From the IMG/VR virus record IMGVR_UViG_3300045988_093645: a stretch of 35,704 nucleotides of DNA; one strand, written 5' to 3'. Positions 15,066 through 24,124 of this stretch are shown here, piece after piece. This DNA comes from a virus. Positions within the stretch are counted from its first letter, which is position 1, and every line of letters starts with the position of its first letter. The notes below the pieces were generated by a model. That model was not told where the DNA came from. It was given only the letters and a program-made list of their open reading frames with translations, and did not search any database. Both the position numbers and the translations under genes were made by a program.

Positions 15066-15986
15066 ATGGCATTTAATATTTTGGACATTATGAACGCAGC
15101 CACAAAGGCGGAAGCAGGACAGAACCGGGATTACCAGGACGTTGTGGTAAATTACCGGGATATTGTGGTTACAAAGCATAACAAGTATAGCATGGACGAG
15201 TTGCAGGAGATAGCAACGGGAATAGAAATGGACGGGTTGCAGCAGCCACTTGTATTAGGCCGTGTAAACGGGGAATATTGGTTGGTTTCCGGCCACCGCC
15301 GCCTGGGCGGTATTAAAATCCTGGTGGCAGAGGGAAAGGCCGGGTTTGAAAATGTGAAATGCCGCTATAAGGACATGACGGAAATAGAATTTAGAATTGC
15401 CCTTTTGGTGGGTAACACATTCAACCGGAAAATGACGGATTACGACCTTATGACCCAGGCAGCAGAGTGGAAAGAGGTATTGACCCAGGCAAGGAAAGAG
15501 GGGCTTTTAATCCTGGAAGCCGGGGAACGGGTCCGGGATTATGTGGCCGCCGTCATGGGGGAAAAGGTGCCGAAGATACGGACCCTTAACACCATTCACG
15601 ACAATGCCACGCCGGAAGTCAAAGAGCAGTTTAAAAACGGCAACCTGGGAATTACGGCGGCCATGGAAGCGGCAAAAGCGGACGAGGGCACCCAAAAGGA
15701 GATTGCCCAGGCAGCAGAGGACAAGGGCGGACTGGGAGCCGAGGAAATAAAAGCCATGGCAGAGGAAAAGAGACACCGAAAGACCAAGGAAGAGGAAACC
15801 AGGGAAGCCAGTGTGTCAGATACCGACACAACCGAGGAAGAAAAGGAAAATGCCAGGAAGTTGCACGCCGTAAAGATGATTGAAAAATATTATACCTGGT
15901 TAAATGACGAGGAAGTGGGAATTTTGGAACGTATGTTGGAAGATTGCAAGCGGCGTAAACGGGAATACGCCATTGAAGAGGGTTAG
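15066..15986 (+). CDS. parB: ParB-like partition / nuclease-domain protein
   Basis: ParB N-terminal box LQQPLVL...WLVSGHRRLGGIK. Immediately follows parA. SD GGAAAGGAG places the start at 15066. Confidence 0.85.
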   Translation: MAFNILDIMNAATKAEAGQNRDYQDVVVNYRDIVVTKHNKYSMDELQEIATGIEMDGLQQPLVLGRVNGEYWLVSGHRRLGGIKILVAEGKAGFENVKCRYKDMTEIEFRIALLVGNTFNRKMTDYDLMTQAAEWKEVLTQARKEGLLILEAGERVRDYVAAVMGEKVPKIRTLNTIHDNATPEVKEQFKNGNLGITAAMEAAKADEGTQKEIAQAAEDKGGLGAEEIKAMAEEKRHRKTKEEETREASVSDTDTTEEEKENARKLHAVKMIEKYYTWLNDEEVGILERMLEDCKRRKREYAIEEG

Positions 15987-15997
15987 GGGGGTTATAC

Positions 15998-16741
15998 ATG
16001 AAATTGCAGAACATGAAGAGAGGGGAAACCACGGAGCAAATAACACTTTTTAACTGGGCAGAGAATAACGCCCATATTTTACCGTGCCTTTCCCTCATGT
16101 ATCACATTCCAAACGAGGGAAAGAGGACAAACGGGGCAGTATTAAAGGCCATGGGTTTAAAGAGCGGCGTGCCGGACGTATGCTTGCCAGTGCCAAGCCA
16201 CAATTTCAATGGCCTTTACCTGGAAATGAAATACGGGCAGAATAAGCCCACGAAAGACCAGGAAGCCTTTATGGCGGCCTTGCGGCAGCAGGGCTATAAA
16301 ACGGCGGTGTGCTATGGAGCGGACGAAGCAAAGGCGGAAATCATGGATTATTTGCAGGACCCGGACAAAATGCCGCTTTCCAAGTGTTTAAATGCCCCAT
16401 GGATTAACGGACGTTGTGACGGTGTGCCAGTGGTGGGGCGTATGTTCAGCCGTGAGCCTTGCCGGAATTGCGAGAAACACGCACCGACAAAGGCGGAAGC
16501 TACATTGGAAGCCAACATGGCAGCAGTTGACGGCACATTTAAAAGGCCGATTATAACGGCTATCGTAAATCTTTCCACCGGGAAGCCGTTAAAAGGGCTT
16601 TCCCTGGGGGAAACCTTAGAAACCATAAACCAAAACCTGGCCCTTTTGGTAAAGGGGCAGCAGTTGACGGTCAAACAATCGGCGGCGGTGCTTACCGTTG
16701 CCATGGAAGCCTATAAACGGGCGGAAAAGAAAGGAGATTAA
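15998..16741 (+). CDS. VRR-NUC domain nuclease with a C-terminal extension
   Basis: HIPNEGKR...GVPDVCLP...LYLEMK...QEAFM pattern typical of VRR-NUC. Confidence 0.7.
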   Translation: MKLQNMKRGETTEQITLFNWAENNAHILPCLSLMYHIPNEGKRTNGAVLKAMGLKSGVPDVCLPVPSHNFNGLYLEMKYGQNKPTKDQEAFMAALRQQGYKTAVCYGADEAKAEIMDYLQDPDKMPLSKCLNAPWINGRCDGVPVVGRMFSREPCRNCEKHAPTKAEATLEANMAAVDGTFKRPIITAIVNLSTGKPLKGLSLGETLETINQNLALLVKGQQLTVKQSAAVLTVAMEAYKRAEKKGD

Positions 16742-16802
16742 GCCATGACAAAAAAAACGGACAGACGGCGGTCATAAGATACCGGAAGAGGATTTAAGGG
16801 AA

Positions 16803-17222
16803 ATGGAGCAGGAAGAGGACCGGGAAATGCCGGACGGAGTGGAGAGCCAAACGGGATATTGCCGTTTTTGCGGCCAGGCCGGAATGGTTCATACATTGAC
16901 CGGGTGGAGCCAGGAAGATGTGGACGAAGCCGTGACGTGCAAGTGTGAGTGTGACGCCGCCAAGAAGTACGCAGAAAGTAAAGAGCGGGTCCAAAAAGCA
17001 AAGAGCCGCATAACGGAACTTTTCGGAAGCACCGCAGAAAGACCCATAGACCAGGATGTAGTTACGGTCATGCTTAACGTGGTGGACGCCATAGAAGCAA
17101 AACACATGAAAGGAATAACCATTGACGTAGGCCAGGGTGTAAAAGCAAAGGTTTCCAAAATGGCGAAAGAAAGCATAAAGGTGGAGAGGTCAGAGACTTC
17201 CAAGAAAATCTATGAAGAGTAA
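16803..17222 (+). CDS. Hypothetical protein with CxxC / CxC cysteine motifs
   Basis: ORF with typical codon usage. YCRFCGQ...CKCECD. Confidence 0.45.
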   Translation: MEQEEDREMPDGVESQTGYCRFCGQAGMVHTLTGWSQEDVDEAVTCKCECDAAKKYAESKERVQKAKSRITELFGSTAERPIDQDVVTVMLNVVDAIEAKHMKGITIDVGQGVKAKVSKMAKESIKVERSETSKKIYEE

Positions 17223-17237
17223 CGGGGGTGCAGAGGA

Positions 17238-17591
17238 TTGGTAAAACTGGACGCCGATATTAAAACGATAGCCCGTAGTATCATACAAGGCAACGAGAAG
17301 AGAAAAAAGAGAATAAAGAACGGCCAGGCAAGTGCCTTTGATTTGCAGGCCGCCCAGGTTGTAGAAAATGCCTTGCGTGGTACGTGTGGGAATATTGAAA
17401 GCGTCCGGGTACGGCGGCAAATGCAGGAGAAGATTTATAAGAGCATTGTTTATAATATGCCTTATGAGTACATAGCAGACGCCTTGTGTGGCCGCCGCCA
17501 ATTCTATGAATACCGCCAGGAATTTATTAAACGGGTAGCGTCCGCCATGGATATGCTACCGGAGCAGAAAGGGCAGGAACATGGGAATTGA
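17238..17591 (+). CDS. Putative late-gene transcriptional activator (RinA/ArpU-like, sigma region-4-like C-terminus)
   Basis: Size, position just upstream of the packaging module, and C-terminal pattern ALCGRRQFYEYRQEFIKRVASAM. TTG start, uncertain. Confidence 0.45.
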   Translation: MVKLDADIKTIARSIIQGNEKRKKRIKNGQASAFDLQAAQVVENALRGTCGNIESVRVRRQMQEKIYKSIVYNMPYEYIADALCGRRQFYEYRQEFIKRVASAMDMLPEQKGQEHGN

Positions 17592-17805
17592 TTTAAGCAG
17601 ATTTAAAGTAGTGCATGGGGACAAAGTATTTAATGCAATAGCACTTATGGAAGTGCATATGCCGGAGAATGTGGAGTGGGATAAAAGGGACATGGTTTTG
17701 AAACCGAAGTTTATTGATATACTGGCAATCAATGAGGACGGTAATATTATTTCAATCCATGATGAAGCGTGGACGTTTCAGTTTATCCCCATTGTGGGGA
17801 AATAA
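17581..17805 (+). CDS. Hypothetical protein (74 aa)
   Basis: ATG overlaps the end of the upstream gene. Confidence 0.45.
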   Translation: MGIDLSRFKVVHGDKVFNAIALMEVHMPENVEWDKRDMVLKPKFIDILAINEDGNIISIHDEAWTFQFIPIVGK

Positions 17806-17829
17806 CCAGGCGGCAGCAGGACACAAAGC

Positions 17830-17866
17830 AAGTGGGTCAGAATGTCAGAGTGTTTTATATTAACAT
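17830..17866 (+). promoter_or_regulatory. Late-module box copy c upstream of HNH and terminase
   Basis: AAGTGGGTCAGAAT plus TAACAT at the same offset as copies a and b. Followed by a 15-bp hairpin (17865-17899). Confidence 0.55.
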
Positions 17867-17928
17867 AGGCTTGTGGGTAGGGTTTACCCATGAGCCTATC
17901 AGCATGAGGGAAAGGACGGTGGCAGCAG

Positions 17929-18330
17929 ATGAAAGAATATGCAAAGGACTTCTACAAGTCAGCAGCATGGAAGAGAGCCAGGCAGACAGTTATTAAACGG
18001 GCCAATGGATTGTGTGAGCGGTGCAGAGCCGCCGGGCTTTATCGTCCCGGTGTGATTGTCCACCACAAGGATTACATTACGCCGGAGAATATCCACAACC
18101 CAGGCGTGACCCTTGACGTGGACAACCTGGAATATCTTTGTGAGGATTGCCATAACAAAGAGCATAAGGCAAAGCCTAACAATCGTTATCGGTTTGACAG
18201 TGACGGAAAATTATTACCGCCAAAAGAAGAAAAGCGGCAGACCACTCCCCCCGGTGGGTTGATTTTGGACACCCCCATAAGAACCGAGGGAGATACTTCA
18301 AAAAAACTCCGCAGGGTCGCACGCATATGA
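17929..18330 (+). CDS. HNH endonuclease (packaging-associated)
   Basis: CERC...HHKDY...NLEYLCEDCHNKEH. Located directly upstream of terS and terL. Confidence 0.85.
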   Translation: MKEYAKDFYKSAAWKRARQTVIKRANGLCERCRAAGLYRPGVIVHHKDYITPENIHNPGVTLDVDNLEYLCEDCHNKEHKAKPNNRYRFDSDGKLLPPKEEKRQTTPPGGLILDTPIRTEGDTSKKLRRVARI

Positions 18331-18343
18331 GGGGGGTCAAAAT

Positions 18344-18733
18344 ATGGCAGAAGAAACAAAAAGTAACGAGAAGAAAGCGAAAAAAAGAACAAATAAACTC
18401 ACAAATGCGAGGATAAAGAAAGAGATAGAATTTCTTACGCCCATGTTTGCCGGAATAGATGACGAGGACAAGAAAAGCCTTGTAAATTCACTTGTTGAGG
18501 AAGCAGCATTTTTAAAAGTGGCTTGCTTCCAGGCGAAAGAAGAATTGAAAAAAGAGGGGCTTACCACGGAAACGGTAAACGCTTCACAGAAATTTGTAAA
18601 AGCCCACCCGTCAGCCACGATTTACGAGAAATATTCACGCCAATATACGGCAATTATTCACACGCTTATTGAGTATTTGCCGCCAAAAGAAAAGAAAAAT
18701 ATAAGCAGACTGGCAGCATTACGGAATGGATAA
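18344..18733 (+). CDS. terS: Terminase small subunit (P27-family-like)
   Basis: Size and position between HNH and terL, with a basic N-terminus. Confidence 0.6.
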   Translation: MAEETKSNEKKAKKRTNKLTNARIKKEIEFLTPMFAGIDDEDKKSLVNSLVEEAAFLKVACFQAKEELKKEGLTTETVNASQKFVKAHPSATIYEKYSRQYTAIIHTLIEYLPPKEKKNISRLAALRNG

Positions 18734-20390
18734 CAATTACATTTTCCAGTATTGGGAAGCCATACAAAACGGCACCGTAACAGTAGGAAAGTGGATAAAG
18801 ACCATTTATGAAATCCTTGTGAATGGTTTAAAAAGTGGCAAATGGGATTTTGACGAGGAAAAGGCCAATAAGGCTATAAACTTCATAGAAAACTTTTGTC
18901 ATCATTCAGAGGGACGAAACGATTTATTAAAACTTGAATTGTGGCAAAAGGCCATAGTTTCGGCCATTTTTGGCATAATGGACAAGCGGACCGGTTATAG
19001 GCAATTCCGGGAAGTTTTCATAGTTGTAGCACGTAAGAACGGTAAAACATTGTTTGCCGCCGCTATTGCGGCATACATGGCATATATAGACGGCGAGTAT
19101 GGGGCAAAGGTCTATTTCCTTGCCCCGAAACTGGACCAGGCGGACCTTGTGTATGACGCCTTTTACCAGATTGTCCAGGCAGATGACGAACTGGACAGTA
19201 TAACCAAGAAACGCCGCAGCGATATTTATATAAAAGAATTTAATACCAGTGTGAAAAAGATAGCCTTTAACTCCAAAAAGTCGGACGGTTTCAACCCTCA
19301 AATGGTTGTCAATGACGAAATGGAAGCATGGCAGGGGGACCAGGGACTAAAGCAGTATGAGGTTATGACTTCCGCACTGGGGGCGAGAAAGCAGCCGCTT
19401 ATTTTATCCATATCAACCGCCGGATATATCAATGACGGTATTTATGATGAACTCATGCGGCGTTCAACGTCATTCTTAAAGGGCAATTCCAAGGAAACAA
19501 GAATATTGCCGTTCCTCTACATGATTGACAATATCGAAGCCTGGGACGATTTAGAGGAATTGAAAAAGAGTAATCCGAACCTGGGCGTGTCAGTATCAGA
19601 GGAATTTTACATAGAGCAGATAGAGATTGCAAAAGCGTCCCTTTCAAAGAAAGTGGAGTTTCTTACAAAGTATTGCAATATCAAGCAAAATTCCAGTGTG
19701 GCGTGGTTGGATTACTGGGACGTTATGAAAGCGGTAAATGAGGACTTACGCCTTACCCTGGAACAATTCCGGGGGTGCTATTGTGTTGGCGGCATAGACC
19801 TTTCCAGGACAACGGACTTAACGGCGGCGTCAATCGTTATTTGGAAGAATGGAAAATGGAATGTGATTACAAAATTCTATATGCCAAAGAAGCGGTATGA
19901 AGTGGCAGTGAATGAGGATAACACGCCGTACAACATATACAAAGAAAAAGGATTTTTGCAAATATCCGGGGAAAACCAGGTGGATTATAAGGACGTGTAT
20001 AACTGGTTCATAGAACTGGTTAAGGTTTACAAAATCCGCCCGTTAAAAATCGGCTATGACCGTTACAGTGCCGGGTATTTGGTGGATGACCTAAAAATGG
20101 CCGGGTTCCAAACAGATGACGTTTACCAGGGCACGAACTTAACGCCAATCCTACACCAGTTTGAGGGGGATTTAAAGGACGGAAAGTATAACCTAGGGGA
20201 CAACACCCTTTTGGCGTCACATCTTCTTAACGTGGCCGTGGAAATCAATATGAATGATAGCCGCATGAAGCCCGTGAAGATTGAAAAGCGTATGAGGATA
20301 GACGGGGCCGTTTCCGTCTTTGACGCTATGACAATGGTATCAAAATACCATAGTGAGATAGGCAAAAAACTTTTGAATGAAGCGGCATAA
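18726..20390 (+). CDS. terL: Terminase large subunit
   Basis: Walker A-like VARKNGKT, Walker B-like MVVNDEMEAW, C-terminal nuclease region. 554 aa. Confidence 0.9.
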   Translation: MDNNYIFQYWEAIQNGTVTVGKWIKTIYEILVNGLKSGKWDFDEEKANKAINFIENFCHHSEGRNDLLKLELWQKAIVSAIFGIMDKRTGYRQFREVFIVVARKNGKTLFAAAIAAYMAYIDGEYGAKVYFLAPKLDQADLVYDAFYQIVQADDELDSITKKRRSDIYIKEFNTSVKKIAFNSKKSDGFNPQMVVNDEMEAWQGDQGLKQYEVMTSALGARKQPLILSISTAGYINDGIYDELMRRSTSFLKGNSKETRILPFLYMIDNIEAWDDLEELKKSNPNLGVSVSEEFYIEQIEIAKASLSKKVEFLTKYCNIKQNSSVAWLDYWDVMKAVNEDLRLTLEQFRGCYCVGGIDLSRTTDLTAASIVIWKNGKWNVITKFYMPKKRYEVAVNEDNTPYNIYKEKGFLQISGENQVDYKDVYNWFIELVKVYKIRPLKIGYDRYSAGYLVDDLKMAGFQTDDVYQGTNLTPILHQFEGDLKDGKYNLGDNTLLASHLLNVAVEINMNDSRMKPVKIEKRMRIDGAVSVFDAMTMVSKYHSEIGKKLLNEAA

Positions 20391-20415
20391 ATGGCCGCCC
20401 GGCAGCAGGGTTTTA

Positions 20416-20452
20416 AAGTGGGTCAGAATTTCAACACGAATAATTTTACAAT
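20416..20452 (+). promoter_or_regulatory. Late-module box copy b upstream of the portal and head genes
   Basis: AAGTGGGTCAGAATTTCAACAC is identical to copy a. TACAAT lies at the same offset. Confidence 0.55.
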
Positions 20453-20486
20453 AGGTCCATGGACGTGTTCCATGGGCTTATTTTTT
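20451..20486 (+). terminator. Terminator-like hairpin whose left arm overlaps the -10-like hexamer of box b
   Basis: ATAGGTCCATGGA / TCCATGGGCTTAT (13 bp including 2 G-U pairs) followed by T6. Confidence 0.5.
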
Positions 20487-21780
20487 GAGGAAAGGGGGTA
20501 ATGATACGGGAATTATAGCAAACGTATTCGGAGCCTTTAAGGCAAAATACAGACCGCTTTTATTGAGCCGTGGGGAGTATGTGCCAACGGGAACCTTACG
20601 GGACAATGATATTGTGGGAGCCATTGCGGACGCCATAGCCAAGAACGTAGGAAAGTTACAACCCCAGGTTGTCCGAAAGGACGAAAAGGGAATGACGATA
20701 AAAAACGATTACCTGGCCCGGATTTTGACCTTGCGGCCATGCCCGGAAATGTCAACGTATGATTTTCTTTACAGAATTGCGGCGGACCTGGTTTATACTT
20801 CCAATTCCTTTTCCGTGATTTTCTACAACGAGGATTTTACAAGGGTACAGAGCATACAACCAATCACTACAAAGAGTTTCCGCATTTTTGAAGATGACAA
20901 GCACCATATCCTTTTCCGCTTCCGGTGGGATTATGACGGGGAAACTTATACGGTGCCTTATCAGAATGTAATACACATAAAGGCAAGATACAATAAAAAA
21001 CGGTTTTTGGGGACTTCCCCGGATATTGAGTTAAAGCGGAGCCTGGACCTTGTGGAAACGTCCGGGGAAATCGTAAAGAACATTGTAAACCGTTCTAACT
21101 CACTGGCCGGGTATCTGAAATACAACAACCTGGCAGATAACGAAGAACTAAAGCAGATTGCCAAGGACTTCCAGGACGCCTATATGGGAGCGGAAAACGC
21201 CGGGGGTATTGCCGCAATAGATAGTACGGTGGAATTTAAAGAGATTGTGCAACGCACGCCAAACGTGCCAGTAAATCAAATTACATTCCTACGTGATAAC
21301 GTCTACCGCTATTACGGAGTAAATGAAAAGGTATTGACTTCCACCCTTTCAGACCAGGAATGGATTAGTTTTTATGAAAACGTGATTGAGCCTATCGCTA
21401 TCCAATTAAGTTATGAGTTTACTTTTAAACTTTTGACGCCAAGGGAAATAGGATACGGGAACAAGATAGAGTTTACGGCCAATCTTTTGCAGTATGCCAC
21501 ATTACAGACACGTGACACAATCGGCGGAAATATGTTTGACCGTGGAGCCATGACAATAAACGAATACCGGGCACTTATGTATTACGGTCCGGTAGATGAC
21601 GGGGACGTGAGAATGGTATCACTCAACTACGTAAAAGCCGGGGACCAAAGCCTTTACCAAGTAGGGCAGGGCGGAGGAAGCAATGACCCACCGCCGGACC
21701 CAGGGACGCAGCAGGACAAACAACGCAGGGCAATGGAAGCCGCCGCACGTGCCTATTTTCAGACTATGAAAGGGGGTTAA
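20485..21780 (+). CDS. Portal protein (HK97 family)
   Basis: Position after terL, size, and portal-like sequence. The start is uncertain: the TTG at 20485 precedes the SD GAGGAAAGGGGG, and the in-frame candidates after the SD are ATT/ATA at 20512/20515. Confidence 0.8.
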   Translation: MRKGGNDTGIIANVFGAFKAKYRPLLLSRGEYVPTGTLRDNDIVGAIADAIAKNVGKLQPQVVRKDEKGMTIKNDYLARILTLRPCPEMSTYDFLYRIAADLVYTSNSFSVIFYNEDFTRVQSIQPITTKSFRIFEDDKHHILFRFRWDYDGETYTVPYQNVIHIKARYNKKRFLGTSPDIELKRSLDLVETSGEIVKNIVNRSNSLAGYLKYNNLADNEELKQIAKDFQDAYMGAENAGGIAAIDSTVEFKEIVQRTPNVPVNQITFLRDNVYRYYGVNEKVLTSTLSDQEWISFYENVIEPIAIQLSYEFTFKLLTPREIGYGNKIEFTANLLQYATLQTRDTIGGNMFDRGAMTINEYRALMYYGPVDDGDVRMVSLNYVKAGDQSLYQVGQGGGSNDPPPDPGTQQDKQRRAMEAAARAYFQTMKGG

Positions 21781-21784
21781 GGAT

Positions 21785-22546
21785 ATGCCGAAAGCACCAA
21801 GCATTTTGAAACTTTGCAAAGACCCGGCAAAGGCCACGGTTGGGAAGTTTTATGAGTTTAAGAACGCAACGGACACAAGCGTGGACCTTTATTTTTACGG
21901 GGACATTGTAAGTGATTGGTGGGGAGCCTGGCAGGAAGAGGACCAGTACCCGGAAGCAATCAAGAATTTCCTGGCAGAAGCCGGGGGAAAAGATTTGAAT
22001 ATCTACATCAATTCCGGCGGCGGTTCCGTATTTGCCGGAATAGCCATTTACAATATGCTGAAACGCTACACAGGAAAGAAAACCGTGTATGTTGACGCCC
22101 TGGCCGGGTCCATTGCTTCCGTAATTGCATTTGCGGACAGCGATATGCCAACAATCCCGTCCAACGCCTATTTGATGATACATAAGCCGTGGGCGGTTTG
22201 TGACGGGAACGCCACGGAGTTGCGGAAAATGGCGGACACCCTGGACGCCGTGGAAAGCGGAATTTGGGCGATTTATGAAGAGCATTTGGCCGAGGGCGTA
22301 ACCATTGAGACAATAAAAGAACTCATGGAAGCGGAAACCTGGTTAAATGGCACCCAGGCCGCCCAGTATTTCCGGGTAAAGGTAGGCGAGGAAAACACCA
22401 TAGCCGCAGCCGTCCAGGACTACACAAAGTTTTATTGCCACAATGTACCGCAAAAACTTCTTTCCGGGGAAAACCACGCAGGGCAGCAGGACCGAGAGAA
22501 GCGAAACAAAATTATTGAACTTACTATGGCACACATGGGCCAGTAA
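21785..22546 (+). CDS. Prohead maturation protease (ClpP-like, S14 family)
   Basis: INSGGGSVFAGIAIYNML...VDALAGSIASVIA...MIHKPW. Confidence 0.85.
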   Translation: MPKAPSILKLCKDPAKATVGKFYEFKNATDTSVDLYFYGDIVSDWWGAWQEEDQYPEAIKNFLAEAGGKDLNIYINSGGGSVFAGIAIYNMLKRYTGKKTVYVDALAGSIASVIAFADSDMPTIPSNAYLMIHKPWAVCDGNATELRKMADTLDAVESGIWAIYEEHLAEGVTIETIKELMEAETWLNGTQAAQYFRVKVGEENTIAAAVQDYTKFYCHNVPQKLLSGENHAGQQDREKRNKIIELTMAHMGQ

Positions 22547-22571
22547 GAAGATATGAAAGGAGATTAGAGAC

Positions 22572-23786
22572 ATGACAAGAGAAGAATTACTGAAAATGTC
22601 CAAAAAGGACCTTAAAAACAGACTGGCCGAACTGGGAAAGAACGCACAGACGCTTTCCGGCCAGGAGTTGACGGACGCCATGGACGAAGCAAGGACCATA
22701 GGCGAGATTTTGGACGAAATCAAAGGCCGGGAAGAACTGGAAGCCGCCGCAAGGGCAGCGGGAGCCGCAGACCCGGACGAGGGAGACGGAGCAGGAGAGG
22801 GCAGCGGAGAGCCGCAGGACCAGGAGAGAGCAAAGAGGGGCAAGACCTTAAAGGACGGGAAAAAGGCGTTTTTTAAGGGCAAGGCACTGGCAGGGATTAA
22901 GAACACCCTTACAACGGCCACGGGCGTAGTAATGCCGAAGCACACAAGCCCGGACATTTCCCCAACGTTCAACAATGTATCTTCCCTCATTGACAGAGTA
23001 AAGACTGTTCCCCTGGTAGGTGGAGAAAGTTATCAGCGTCCCTTTGTGAAGTCCTACGGGGACGGAGCCGGAAGCACCGCAGAAAACGCAGATTACAACA
23101 CGTCCGAACCGGAATTTGGTTATTCCGACATTGTACGTGAGAAAATCACGGCATACGCAGAGGAACCGGAAGAAATGCAGAAATTGACAGACGCCGATTA
23201 TGACGGCGTGGTGGAAGAGAGCGTGACCCGTGCAATTAAGCGTTACGCTTCCCGTCAGATTTTGGTAGGACCCGGCGGAACCGGAAAATTCCGTGGTATT
23301 TTCTTCAATCCGGCAAAGGCGGCGGACGATATTATTGACCGCAACACGGACATTACAACGATTACCGCCATTGCAGACGATACACTGGACGAGATTATTT
23401 ACTCTTTCGGTGGGGACGAAGATGTGGAAGACATTGCCGTGTTAATCCTCAACAAGAAAGACCTTAAAAAGTTTGCAAAGTTGAGGGATAAGCAGGGGCG
23501 TAAAGTCTACACCATTGTGAACCACGGCAACACGGGAACCATTGACGAGGTGCCTTATATCATCAATTCCGCTTGCGGAGAAGTTGGCGGCACCGCAGGA
23601 GCCTATTGCATGGCATACGGCCCGTTGAGCAATTACGAGGTTGCAATCTTTTCCGACATTGACGCACAGAAATCCACAGAATACAAATTCAAGCAGGGAC
23701 AGATTGCCTATAAGGCTTGCGTATTCATGGGCGGCAACGTGGTGGCGAAAAACGGCTTTATCCGTGTGAAGAACGCACAGGCGTAA
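22572..23786 (+). CDS. Major capsid protein (HK97 fold) with an N-terminal delta/scaffold-like coiled region
   Basis: Position after the protease, 404 aa, charged coiled N-terminus followed by a capsid-like body. Confidence 0.8.
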   Translation: MTREELLKMSKKDLKNRLAELGKNAQTLSGQELTDAMDEARTIGEILDEIKGREELEAAARAAGAADPDEGDGAGEGSGEPQDQERAKRGKTLKDGKKAFFKGKALAGIKNTLTTATGVVMPKHTSPDISPTFNNVSSLIDRVKTVPLVGGESYQRPFVKSYGDGAGSTAENADYNTSEPEFGYSDIVREKITAYAEEPEEMQKLTDADYDGVVEESVTRAIKRYASRQILVGPGGTGKFRGIFFNPAKAADDIIDRNTDITTITAIADDTLDEIIYSFGGDEDVEDIAVLILNKKDLKKFAKLRDKQGRKVYTIVNHGNTGTIDEVPYIINSACGEVGGTAGAYCMAYGPLSNYEVAIFSDIDAQKSTEYKFKQGQIAYKACVFMGGNVVAKNGFIRVKNAQA

Positions 23787-23812
23787 GGACGGCATGAGAA
23801 AGGCGGCGGACA

Positions 23813-24124
23813 ATGAATAAAACTGAACTGATAGCGAAAGCAAAGTTGAGGTTGCGTAAAATGTCCGCCGATACCCTGGACGAAGATGTGGAGCAGCTTA
23901 TAAATGTTGCACTGGCAGACCTTAAACGTATCGGCGTACATTCTTCCTACCTGGACCCGAAAAACATCACAGACCCGTTGATTATTGAAGCCGCCCTGGT
24001 GTATGTAAAGGCCAATTTTGGAAACCCGGAGAACCACGGCGAGTTAATGGCGGCGTATGACATGATTTGTACGAAAATCAAAGGGGGCGGCTACCATAGA
24101 AGCAATAGTGACACTGTTAGTTAA
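23813..24124 (+). CDS. Head-tail connector (gp6-like)
   Basis: Size and synteny after the capsid gene. Confidence 0.5.
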   Translation: MNKTELIAKAKLRLRKMSADTLDEDVEQLINVALADLKRIGVHSSYLDPKNITDPLIIEAALVYVKANFGNPENHGELMAAYDMICTKIKGGGYHRSNSDTVS

